Positions 19,178 through 28,696 of a stretch of 28,992 nucleotides of DNA are shown piece by piece. Position numbers and translations under genes: made by a program. Location of the stretch: NCBI GenBank assembly GCA_043803945.1, contig JAZDJN010000105.1, forward strand, positions 1 to 28,992, read 5' to 3'. Position 1 is the first letter of the stretch, and each line of letters opens with the position of its first letter. Source of the stretch: a bacterium (GTDB lineage: Bacteria > Bacteroidota > Ignavibacteria > UBA10030). The notes below the pieces were generated by a model, which searched no databases, was not told the DNA's origin, and saw only the letters and a program-made list of their open reading frames with translations.

Positions 19178-19244
19178 CACCTGATTGATAGTATCAAACA
19201 ATTTTTTTATACGAAGAAGGCAGTAATACTGAAGGAAGCGTCAT

Positions 19245-21155
19245 ATGAAATATTGTCACCGGATAGTAACAGTCTGCATCACTCCAGCACTCGCTGGTCT
19301 TTTAACACTTCTCATAGTACTCCCAACAAATGTCGATGCGCAGACCTTTTCAGTTAAAGGCATCGTTGCCACACCAACAATGTCTGTGCGGTACGCTTCC
19401 ATGACTTTTATTGATAAGAACGACACAACAAAGAAAGTGTCTGTTCTCACTGATACATCTGGCAGATATGCCATCAGCCTCCTCACCTCAGTACGGTCGA
19501 ACGCCACGCAACCTGCTGAATTCGAGTTAGAGCAGAACTACCCCAATCCATTCTCCTCTTCAACGGCTATTTCGTATCAACTCAAAGAGCAAACCGACGT
19601 GAAGGTAACGATTTATGATCTTCTCGGAAGAACTGTGAAGATTGTTTCCATGAGCGATCAGGCGGCAGGGGCGCACGGTATCATGTGGGATGGTAGAAAT
19701 AATCTTGGTGAGATTGTTTCGAGGGGAATTTATTTCTATAAACTTCAAGCTCGGGGTGAAACGCAGGTACGAAAAATGCTCTTTGGTTGGGGGGGCAACA
19801 ACAGCCTGGTTTCTATCGCTGGCACACCTGCACCTAAGCTCTTCGCCTTGAGCAAGGAGATGAGACCAACGCTTTTGGGAGGCAATTTCTTGGTTCGAAT
19901 TGGAAATTCAGACAGCACGTTTCCCGCTATTGTGGCCCAGCAATTCGATACTATCACAGTTCAAAATACTGGCACTCAGGATTTTACCGTTAACACCAAC
20001 GGCACGTTTCCAATTCCGAATACACCCGTGATTTATTTTGATAGTCCTCTACAGGTCATCAGAGGCTTTGGAGGAGCGAATATCCTTCAATGGCGAGATG
20101 ATATGACAATGGCGCAAGTGCAAAAGGCATTTGGAAGCGGGACAGGGCAAATAGGATTCTCGATCCTTCGTCTTCGTGTTCCATATGATCCATCGGGAAC
20201 GGCATTTAGTATGCAGATCCCTACGGCGAAACTTGCTCAATCACTTGGTGCAATAGTATTTGCATCACCCTGGACGCCTCCGCCGGCAATGAAGAGCAAT
20301 AATAATATTGTTGGGGGCACTCTCAAAGAAAGTTCTTATGCAGAGTACGCCGCATATTTAAAAAGCTTTGCCGATTATATGGCGGCAAACGGGGCACCGC
20401 TATATGCCATTTCACTGCAAAACGAACCGGATGCTAACGTAACGTACGAATCGTGCAGCTGGAACGGCACACAATTTCTTAACTTCATGAAAAACAACGC
20501 AGCATCCATTGGCACAAGAATCATGATGCCGGAATCTCAGAATTTTGTCCATGCCTTATCCGATCCGACGCTTAACGATTCCGCTGCCACGGCCAATGTA
20601 GCCATCATTGCCGGTCATCTCTACGGAGGTGGACTTGGAACCTATCCTCTGGCAACCAGTAAAGGAAAAGAGATATGGATGACGGAGTATCTGGACCTTG
20701 ATACAACGTGGACGGGGGTTCTTGGTACCGGAAAACAGATTAATGATTGTATGAAGGCAGGTTGGAACGCCTATGTTTGGTGGTATACTGTACGATATTA
20801 TGGGCCGATTGATGAAAACGGAAATGTCAGTAAACGCGGCTATGCCATGTCGCAGTATGCTAGATTTGTACGCCCCGGATTTACAAGGGTAAATGTGACT
20901 GATTACTATGCTCGAACTTTGGTTGATGTAACAGCATATAGGAATGGTCCCAAATTGGTTATTGTCGCTGTGAACAGGGCTTCGACTGTAATAAATCATA
21001 CCTTTACGCTGTGGAACGGTACTATAGGTACTTTTACACCGTATGTTACATCGAGCAGTAAGAATTGCGTACAACAAAGTGACATTAAGTATAAAAACGG
21101 AAGCTTCACGTTTTCGCTGGAACCACTAAGTGTTACAACATTTGTATCGAACTAA
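19245..21155 (+). CDS. GH30 (likely subfamily 8) glucuronoxylan endo-xylanase with an internal T9SS-CTD-like domain
   Basis: QVIRGFGGAN, GFSILRLRV, FASPWTPP, ISLQNEPD (acid/base), IWMTEY (nucleophile), AYVWWYTVRYYG, SKRGYAMSQYARFVRPG. Confidence 0.9.
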   Translation: MKYCHRIVTVCITPALAGLLTLLIVLPTNVDAQTFSVKGIVATPTMSVRYASMTFIDKNDTTKKVSVLTDTSGRYAISLLTSVRSNATQPAEFELEQNYPNPFSSSTAISYQLKEQTDVKVTIYDLLGRTVKIVSMSDQAAGAHGIMWDGRNNLGEIVSRGIYFYKLQARGETQVRKMLFGWGGNNSLVSIAGTPAPKLFALSKEMRPTLLGGNFLVRIGNSDSTFPAIVAQQFDTITVQNTGTQDFTVNTNGTFPIPNTPVIYFDSPLQVIRGFGGANILQWRDDMTMAQVQKAFGSGTGQIGFSILRLRVPYDPSGTAFSMQIPTAKLAQSLGAIVFASPWTPPPAMKSNNNIVGGTLKESSYAEYAAYLKSFADYMAANGAPLYAISLQNEPDANVTYESCSWNGTQFLNFMKNNAASIGTRIMMPESQNFVHALSDPTLNDSAATANVAIIAGHLYGGGLGTYPLATSKGKEIWMTEYLDLDTTWTGVLGTGKQINDCMKAGWNAYVWWYTVRYYGPIDENGNVSKRGYAMSQYARFVRPGFTRVNVTDYYARTLVDVTAYRNGPKLVIVAVNRASTVINHTFTLWNGTIGTFTPYVTSSSKNCVQQSDIKYKNGSFTFSLEPLSVTTFVSN

Positions 21156-21213
21156 AATTGAATAGTTCTGCTGATAGTATTCATTGAGAGCATTATAAAA
21201 AGGACTATGAAGC

Positions 21214-24105
21214 ATGTATAAATACTGGTTGTTCATTCTTGTACTAATCCCATCACTTGTTTTTACTCAAACCATCGTCATCAATGAGGTAATGGCTTCA
21301 AATCAAAAAACAATTTTTGATGAAGATGGCGATGCTTCGGATTGGATTGAATTATACAATAGCGGAAGCACTTCAATTATTATTTCTGGTTATTACCTGA
21401 GTGATGATTCTTTGAATTTAAAAAAGTGGCGGTTTGGCAATACCCTTATTCAACCAGGTGGATATCTATTGGTGTATGCGTCGGATAAAAACCGTCAGGG
21501 AATAATCCCCCACACAAATTTTAAAATAAGTGCATCCGGCGAGTCTGTGCTTCTTTCCAATTCCAGCGGTACTGTTATCGACAGAGTCGCTATTCCAGCT
21601 TCAGCGGTAGATATTTCATACGGCAGAACAAACGACGGACTGCTTCCCTGGGTATTTCAACAACCGACTCCCAGATCGAGAAACATAGGCAATAAAATTG
21701 AGGGTTTTGCAGATACCATATCGCTCTCGCACCGCGGCGGATTTTATTCATCGCAAATTTCTCTAATCCTATCGGCAGGAGACAGTAGAATATTTTATAC
21801 GCTGGATGGGAACACTCCTGATTCATCCAAAGCCAAATATACTGGACCGATTGTTCTTGCGAAGACTGCCGTTCTTAAAGCGATCAGTCTTAAAGATAAA
21901 TATTTACCCACTCGTCCTATCACCCATACATATTTTATAAATGAATCAACCACCCTGCCGGTCATATCCCTTTCAGCGGATCCATATGATCTTTTTGATG
22001 CTGATTCAGGAATTTATACCAATTTTACCAAGGATTGGGAACGCCCGGCTCATGTTGAATTTTATGAGGATGATAAGAGTCCGGGATTTTCAGAAGATTG
22101 CGGAATAAATATCCATGGAACTCAGAGTGCAAATTGGGCCCAGAAATCCTTTGCAGTAAAATTCAAACAGGAATACGGTGTCTCTGAAATTGAATATCCA
22201 CTCTTTCCCGGTTTTCGGGTCACCACATTTAAATCGTTTGTCTTAAGGAATTCAGGAAATGATTTTCAATACACGCATATCCGCGATGCGGTGATGCAGA
22301 TGCTTGTAAAGGATCTGGACATCGATTATCAAGAGTATCGTCCTGCGACGGCGTTTGTTAATGGCCAGTATTGGGGAATTTATAATATCCGCGAAAAAGT
22401 GAGCGAGCATTATGTGGCTAACCGACATGGAGTGGACCCGGATAATATTGATATGCTGGAAAATAATATGGCGGTCCTTCATGGGGTTTCGCTGCATTAC
22501 CGGCAGTTAATTGATTATATCAGTTTGAACGATATGTCGACACCTGCAGCATTCGAGTATGTGAATTCGATGATTGATATGGATGAATGCATCTTATATT
22601 TTGCTGCACAGGCATATTATGATAATATGGATTGGCCTGGAACGAACATCAAGTACTGGAGAGAACGAAGCACGGAAGGAAAATGGCGCTGGATTCTTTT
22701 TGATTTAGATTTTGGGTTCGGCCTGTATGCACATGGTGCCTGGGAAGACCATATACAATTTATGTTCTCTACCGTGGAAACGCGGTACTCCAATCCGCCA
22801 TGGTCAACGTTGTTCCAGAGAAAATTAGTAGAGAACCCAACTATTAGGAATCAATTCATCAATCGCATTGCAGATTTGTTGAATACAAATTTTAAAAGCG
22901 CACGGGTTGTCGAAGTTATCAATAGCCTGGCGAATCATATTGCCAGCGAAATTACTAAGCACAGAATACGCTGGGGTCTTACCGGTGAAAATCTTACCAA
23001 AATGACTACCTTTGCGCAGGATCGCCCGGCATATCTGCGTACCCACGTCCGCAGTTATTTCGGCTGCGGCGATGATGGTAAGATTGCGATTACCTCGACA
23101 GAAGGCGGTTCGGTAAAACTCAATTCTCTTTCATTACAATTCAAGGACATGCCGTTCAACGGCGTCTATTTTCAGAGAAACGCAGTTCATCTGAAAGCAA
23201 TTCCCGCCCTCGGGTTCAAATTTGACGGATGGAGCGGAGACAGTACTTCGAAGAACGATACACTTTCTTTGTTCGTTGGCAGAACAACAAACATCACTGC
23301 AACCTTTTCTATCGACAGCGGCGGCTCAAAGGGTATTGTGATAAACGAAATAAACTATAATTCTTCTGACCAGTTTAATTCGGGAGATTGGATTGAGCTG
23401 TATAATAGAAACAGTCAAAGTGTCGATATCAGCGGCTGGAGGTATCAAGACAGTGACCCGGCGCATGCTTTTACGTTTCCAACTGGAACAGTACTTGGTC
23501 CTGGTCAATATGTAGTCTTACTGGAAGACAGCACGTTGTTTAAAGCATGTTTTCCAGACGTCAAGAATTTTATCGGACAAACGGATTTCGGCTTGAGCGG
23601 TTCGGGAGAATTTATGAAACTTATAGATAGTAAAGGTCAGGGAATTGATTCGCTTACGTATGACGATCAGGCTCCATGGCCGACAGAACCGGATGGGAAG
23701 GGCGCAACGTTAGAATTAATTGATTCAGCGAATGATAATGCTCTCGGGCAAAATTGGAAAGCTTCTGTCGGACACGGTTCACCGGGGAGAAAAAATAGCG
23801 TTACAACCGCTATCGATGAAAAGATGAATAAACTAATTCCTGATAAATCTGAATTAATACAGAATTATCCCAATCCATTCAATCCAACGACAAGAATTAC
23901 CTACACGGTATCAGCCACCAGTGCTCTCAGTCTCAAAGTATACAATCTCCTCGGCCAGGAAGTAGCGACATTGTTCGAGGGTGTTCGTTCTCCGGGAATG
24001 TATGAAGCAATATTTGACGGGAGTACACTTTCCGGTGGGATATACTTTTATACAATGAGCACTGCAGATTATAGAGAGACGAAGAAGTTTGTCTTGATCA
24101 AGTAA
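21214..24105 (+). CDS. Secreted CotH-family kinase: lamin-tail domain, Fn3-associated domain, CotH, B-repeat-like domain, lamin-tail domain, T9SS CTD
   Basis: VINEVMASN...DWIELYN (twice), IFYTLDGNTP, LRNSGND, NGQYWGIYNIREK, NMDWPGTNIKYW, WRWILFDLDFGFG, QNYPNPFNP...TKKFVLIK. Confidence 0.88.
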   Translation: MYKYWLFILVLIPSLVFTQTIVINEVMASNQKTIFDEDGDASDWIELYNSGSTSIIISGYYLSDDSLNLKKWRFGNTLIQPGGYLLVYASDKNRQGIIPHTNFKISASGESVLLSNSSGTVIDRVAIPASAVDISYGRTNDGLLPWVFQQPTPRSRNIGNKIEGFADTISLSHRGGFYSSQISLILSAGDSRIFYTLDGNTPDSSKAKYTGPIVLAKTAVLKAISLKDKYLPTRPITHTYFINESTTLPVISLSADPYDLFDADSGIYTNFTKDWERPAHVEFYEDDKSPGFSEDCGINIHGTQSANWAQKSFAVKFKQEYGVSEIEYPLFPGFRVTTFKSFVLRNSGNDFQYTHIRDAVMQMLVKDLDIDYQEYRPATAFVNGQYWGIYNIREKVSEHYVANRHGVDPDNIDMLENNMAVLHGVSLHYRQLIDYISLNDMSTPAAFEYVNSMIDMDECILYFAAQAYYDNMDWPGTNIKYWRERSTEGKWRWILFDLDFGFGLYAHGAWEDHIQFMFSTVETRYSNPPWSTLFQRKLVENPTIRNQFINRIADLLNTNFKSARVVEVINSLANHIASEITKHRIRWGLTGENLTKMTTFAQDRPAYLRTHVRSYFGCGDDGKIAITSTEGGSVKLNSLSLQFKDMPFNGVYFQRNAVHLKAIPALGFKFDGWSGDSTSKNDTLSLFVGRTTNITATFSIDSGGSKGIVINEINYNSSDQFNSGDWIELYNRNSQSVDISGWRYQDSDPAHAFTFPTGTVLGPGQYVVLLEDSTLFKACFPDVKNFIGQTDFGLSGSGEFMKLIDSKGQGIDSLTYDDQAPWPTEPDGKGATLELIDSANDNALGQNWKASVGHGSPGRKNSVTTAIDEKMNKLIPDKSELIQNYPNPFNPTTRITYTVSATSALSLKVYNLLGQEVATLFEGVRSPGMYEAIFDGSTLSGGIYFYTMSTADYRETKKFVLIK

Positions 24106-24147
24106 CGCTGGAGAGTGCTTATCGCTCCAAGGCTCTCAGGAAAAGAG

Positions 24148-26439
24148 ATGAAAAATAATCTTGCGGCACTTAGTCTTTGGTTACTGCTGGGATACTATGG
24201 ATACGGGCAATCGTTGTCCTTTAAAACGTTTATGAACCCTGTTATTCCCGGCGACCACCCTGATTGCACAGTAACAAAAATCGGCAATCACTTTTATACA
24301 ACCGGCTCATCATTCAATCCAACGCCGGTCATTTATCACTCCACTGATCTGGTTCATTGGGAAGCAATCGCCCAACCGGTGAGTGCGGCCTGGACAGGGT
24401 ATGGTGACACTCCTTCGGGAGGCTGTTGGGGTGGGCAAGTCGTCTACTACAACAATAAATGGTGGCATTTCTTCTCGCGCTCGAATGTCATGTATTTTAC
24501 TACTGCCGATGATATCCGAGGATCCTGGACGCTCCCCACAGCGATGAACGCACCTGCCGGTGTTTCTGGACTAGGATATGACAATTCCATTTTTATTGAC
24601 GATGATGGCAGCTGGTATCTCCTGGTCAAGAACGGACAGGAGAATAACTGGATCGTTCAACTGGGAAATAACGGGCAGCCACAAGGAGCTGTTTACGACT
24701 TACGATGGCTTAATCCTGCGCCTTCATATCCATTTAGCTGGGCAGAAGGTCCCGTGATGTGGAAATACAAGGGATATTACTATTACAGCTTTGCCCGTAA
24801 TGTCGCCGGAGGTCAAACAGTATTTAGAAGCAGTAAACTTACTGCTGACCAAAATTCATGGGTTAATCTAGACAACTTCTTTAATGAAGGTGACCCCTTA
24901 AAATCGATTGCGTTATTTCAGAATCCAAACCATTCGTCTGCTGCGGTGATGTTGGATGACAGTACAAGCTGGGTCGTTCATCCCTTATGGCGAAATGCAA
25001 ATAACAATGAATGGTATGGTCAAGGCAGACAGGGATTGCTGAATCAGGTTCGGTACGATGCAACTGGTAAACCAACAGCGGATTATCCAGTGAATGAACC
25101 GAAGGATGCTCCAAAATTATCGAGCAGTGGAATTCCCTGGATGGTGCCACATTCAGATTTTTTTAGTTCCGATAAGCTACATCCCGAATGGTCTTTCTTA
25201 GGATATACCCCGAGCAGTTCATATTCGCTGACCACACGGAGCGGATGGCTTACCTTATCGCCAAAACGTAAACCAAATACAATCATTAAGAATGATGGCG
25301 AACATAACTATTCGATAATTACCCGATTGGATTTTGCTGCTCAGTCGGTCAACGATCAAGCCGGCATCTGGATTTTTAACGGCTTGCAAACTCTCTTTGC
25401 CAAGCTCTATAGCTCTATCGACAGCTCCGGGAACAAGATTATCGCATTCAGTTACAAAACCAATTATTATGAAGTCAAGAACCCTAATAGTGCAGACAAT
25501 ACCATTCTGCTTAAGTTGGTTCGTGTTAACCATTGGCTGACAGGGTATTGCAGCACTAATGGTTACGACTGGATCCAGGTAGGAAGCGGTATCAACGTTA
25601 CTGACATGGAAAACCAGCAACCAAATTATAATGCATGGACAGGGAACAGACAGTGTTTATTTGTACAGGGAGGATACTCGGCTGATTTTGATTACTACAT
25701 CTACCGTGATGCCTATACACCGATTTTGGCCGAATGTCCTGCAAACCAGTATGGAACTGCTATTCCTTCAATGAGAAGAACTACAGTTGTTCCATTAGAC
25801 AATATCCATGACGGCGACTGGGCATTATATGCCGGCGTAGAATTTGGGAACAATGAATACCGAAAGTATCCTGATTCTCTTTCAATTATCGCTTCCTGCG
25901 CTTCATCTGGCGGTGTTGTTGAGGTCTGGCTGGATTCGCTCGATTCTGGTAAGAAAATTTCAGAGTGCAGCATCACCAATACCGGTAGCTGGGACATCTA
26001 CAATACATTTACTACCAATATTCTGTTGCCTGTGACAGGTATGCATGATGTCTATGTAAAATTCAAGGGAACTGGTTCCGATAAATTATTCATGCTTCAA
26101 TGGCTTACCTTTAAAGATCGATCTAATCCTGAGACATCGGTAAATGATCCGCAATCCGGCCAGATTCCCGCTTGCTTTGCACTGGAACAGAATTATCCGA
26201 ATCCGTTCAATCCAAGCACAACGATCGGTTACCAGTTGGCGATGGGCAGTAATGTTCAATTAAAAGTATACAATGTGCTTGGAAGAGAAGTTGCTACACT
26301 TGCCAATGAATATAAACCGGCCGGGTATTATAGAGTTCAGCTTTCAGATTTCAGTGATCAACAATCCAGCGGAGTGTATTTCTACACGTTGAAAGCTGGA
26401 AATATTTTTCAAACAAAAAGAATGACGTTGATTAAATAA
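24148..26439 (+). CDS. GH43 with beta-sandwich domain, CBM6 and T9SS CTD (alternative GTG start at 24115)
   Basis: NPVIPGDHPD, HSTDLVHW, YDNSIFIDDDG, WAEGP; CBM6-like IHDGDWALYAGVEFG...GGVVEVWLDS...TGSW...TGMHDVYVKF; CTD EQNYPNPFNP...TKRMTLIK. Confidence 0.9.
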   Translation: MKNNLAALSLWLLLGYYGYGQSLSFKTFMNPVIPGDHPDCTVTKIGNHFYTTGSSFNPTPVIYHSTDLVHWEAIAQPVSAAWTGYGDTPSGGCWGGQVVYYNNKWWHFFSRSNVMYFTTADDIRGSWTLPTAMNAPAGVSGLGYDNSIFIDDDGSWYLLVKNGQENNWIVQLGNNGQPQGAVYDLRWLNPAPSYPFSWAEGPVMWKYKGYYYYSFARNVAGGQTVFRSSKLTADQNSWVNLDNFFNEGDPLKSIALFQNPNHSSAAVMLDDSTSWVVHPLWRNANNNEWYGQGRQGLLNQVRYDATGKPTADYPVNEPKDAPKLSSSGIPWMVPHSDFFSSDKLHPEWSFLGYTPSSSYSLTTRSGWLTLSPKRKPNTIIKNDGEHNYSIITRLDFAAQSVNDQAGIWIFNGLQTLFAKLYSSIDSSGNKIIAFSYKTNYYEVKNPNSADNTILLKLVRVNHWLTGYCSTNGYDWIQVGSGINVTDMENQQPNYNAWTGNRQCLFVQGGYSADFDYYIYRDAYTPILAECPANQYGTAIPSMRRTTVVPLDNIHDGDWALYAGVEFGNNEYRKYPDSLSIIASCASSGGVVEVWLDSLDSGKKISECSITNTGSWDIYNTFTTNILLPVTGMHDVYVKFKGTGSDKLFMLQWLTFKDRSNPETSVNDPQSGQIPACFALEQNYPNPFNPSTTIGYQLAMGSNVQLKVYNVLGREVATLANEYKPAGYYRVQLSDFSDQQSSGVYFYTLKAGNIFQTKRMTLIK

Positions 26440-26474
26440 GAACTATGAAGTAGAAAGTAGGAAGTATAGAGATT

Positions 26475-26613
26475 GAGGCTGTCTAAAAAGAATAAAATTG
26501 TCTCACACAAATGCTTTTATCAGGTGTCCAGTGCCTTTTTCTTTCAAATATCTGGATTCCTGCTAAAAGCATGCGAGAATGACAGTGTCGTTTTTTTGTT
26601 TTTAGACAACTCC
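26475..26613. mobile_element. MITE-like element enclosing an inverted REP-like doublet
   Basis: Outer IR TGTCTAAAAA (26480-26489) / TTTTTAGACA (26599-26608); inner 33-bp arms 26499-26531 and 26552-26584 (CTGGATTCCTGCTAAAAGCATGCGAGAATGACA) are about 24/33 complementary. Confidence 0.55.
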
Positions 26614-26709
26614 TGGCCTCAGGACTTAATCTCACGCAATGACTAAGCAACTTGTATTTCACAAGTACCCAATAGGAAGACTGATAGAAAAATGAGAAGG
26701 ATCCCATCT

Positions 26710-28665
26710 ATGAACGTTATTTGGAAATCTTTCAGACCTGTCCTTTACTCGATCTTAGTCCTTGGTGTAACTTCGTCTGCTCAGGTGAAGTTACCAAGGC
26801 TGATTAGTGACGGCATGGTAGTACAGCGAAACACCAATGTGAAAATCTGGGGATGGGCCTCGAGCAACGAAACAGTTGCAATTCGCTTTGTGGATTCCAC
26901 ATATCATTCCGTAGCAGATAGTACCGGTACATGGAGTGTTGCTCTCGCACCTCTTAATGCCGGTGGTCCTTACACCATGGAGATTTCGGCTAGTAACAGA
27001 ATTACAATTAAGGATATTCTCATTGGCGATGTCTGGGTCTGCTCCGGACAGTCCAATATGGAACTCAACATGAATCGTGCGCGCCTATTGTATGAGACAG
27101 AAATCGCCACGGCAAACAATTCTTTTATCCGGCATTTTACTGTTCCGCAGAAATATAATTTTCAAACTCCACAAGAGGATTTACAGTCAGGGACATGGAT
27201 CAGTACAACTCCAGAAACCATTTTGAATTTTTCAGCGGTCGCCTATTTTTTTACAAAAGAATTATATGAACGATATCAGGTGCCCATTGGACTGATTAAT
27301 GCGAGCCTGGGAGGCTCTCCCGCAGAAGCCTGGCTGAGCGAAGAGGCGCTGAAACAATTTCCCGCACATTTCCAGGAGGCACAACGCTTCAAGGATAACA
27401 CTCTCATTGCTAAAATTGAGAGCGATGATAACACAAGAATCCAGGCCTGGTATACGCTGCTCAGAAAAAAAGATTTTGGCCATAAAAATCCGAAGCAATC
27501 CTGGTACAGTCCTTCACTGAACACAAACGCCTGGGCAACAATGATCGTACCCGGTTATTGGGCTGAAACATCACTTGGCGAGAAACATGGTGCTGTCTGG
27601 TTCCGAAGATCATTCACTATACCTTCATCCATCATCGGCAAGCCTGCAAGGCTAAACTTGGGAAGAATTGTCGATGCCGATTCGGTTTTTATCAATGGCA
27701 TCTTCATCGGAACAACAAGTTACCAGTATCCTCCGCGCCGGTATATGATTCCAGCGAATGTCCTGAAGAAGGGTAAGAACACAATTGTTGTCCGGGTGAT
27801 CAACAACAGTGGTAAAGGCGGATTTATTGCAGATAAATCCTATGAGATCGTATCCGGTGACATCGTCGTCGACTTGAAGGGGAAATGGCAGTATCGGCTC
27901 GGAGCTGAGATGGAGCCGCTGGCAAGCCAGACCTTTATCCGATGGAAGCCGCTCGGTTTGTATAATGCGATGATTGCTCCTTTATTGAACTACCGGATCA
28001 ACGGTGTCATCTGGTATCAGGGTGAATCGAATGCAACACGAGCACTCGAATATGGGACACTCTTCCCTGCGCTGATGAGCGATTGGCGTGCACGCTGGCA
28101 ACAGGGTAATTTTTCCTTTCTCTTTGTACAACTGCCAAATTTTATGGAAGCCAAATCTGAACCATCGGAAGGTGGATGGGCGCTCTTTCGTGAATCGCAA
28201 TGCATGGCCTTATCCGAACCAAATACAGCGATGGCCGTCACAATTGATATCGGAGAATGGAACGATATTCATCCACTGAATAAAAAGGAGGTCGGTCGAC
28301 GCCTCGCTCTCGCTGCTCAACACGTAGCGTATGGAGCCAGGGATGTGGTATTCTCAGGACCACTCTACCAGAGTATGAAGGCTGAAGGGAATAAGATCAT
28401 TCTCTCCTTCAACCATATTGGGAGTGGACTGATTGCGCGTGGAGACGGGAAACTTCATTCTTTCGCAATCGCCGGTGCTGATAAACGATTTGTCTGGGCA
28501 CATGCAACAATTGAAGGGAATACTGTTATCGTATGGCATGATTCTATTCCCTCTCCTGTCGCCGTGCGATATGCCTGGGCAGATAACCCAGCGGGAGCAA
28601 ATTTGTACAACAAAGAGGGGCTCCCGGCTTCACCATTCAGAACAGATACCTGGAATCTCAAGTGA
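26710..28665 (+). CDS. SGNH carbohydrate acetylesterase (sialate O-acetylesterase/SASA, CE20-like) with an inserted sugar-binding jelly-roll domain; alternative start 26692
   Basis: GDVWVCSGQSNM, VPIGLI, IWYQGESN, FVQLPNF, NDIHP, VRYAW, LPASPFRTD; insert GAVWFRRSF...VFING...RRY; signal peptide SSA|Q. Confidence 0.9.
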   Translation: MNVIWKSFRPVLYSILVLGVTSSAQVKLPRLISDGMVVQRNTNVKIWGWASSNETVAIRFVDSTYHSVADSTGTWSVALAPLNAGGPYTMEISASNRITIKDILIGDVWVCSGQSNMELNMNRARLLYETEIATANNSFIRHFTVPQKYNFQTPQEDLQSGTWISTTPETILNFSAVAYFFTKELYERYQVPIGLINASLGGSPAEAWLSEEALKQFPAHFQEAQRFKDNTLIAKIESDDNTRIQAWYTLLRKKDFGHKNPKQSWYSPSLNTNAWATMIVPGYWAETSLGEKHGAVWFRRSFTIPSSIIGKPARLNLGRIVDADSVFINGIFIGTTSYQYPPRRYMIPANVLKKGKNTIVVRVINNSGKGGFIADKSYEIVSGDIVVDLKGKWQYRLGAEMEPLASQTFIRWKPLGLYNAMIAPLLNYRINGVIWYQGESNATRALEYGTLFPALMSDWRARWQQGNFSFLFVQLPNFMEAKSEPSEGGWALFRESQCMALSEPNTAMAVTIDIGEWNDIHPLNKKEVGRRLALAAQHVAYGARDVVFSGPLYQSMKAEGNKIILSFNHIGSGLIARGDGKLHSFAIAGADKRFVWAHATIEGNTVIVWHDSIPSPVAVRYAWADNPAGANLYNKEGLPASPFRTDTWNLK

Positions 28666-28696
28666 GTAGCTCTTATAATGCAATATTCAGCTGTAA

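Noticed and set aside
26483-26707. 74-aa minus-strand ORF containing CHSRMLLAGIQ
   Set aside because: This is the translation of the palindromic repeat, not a credible gene.
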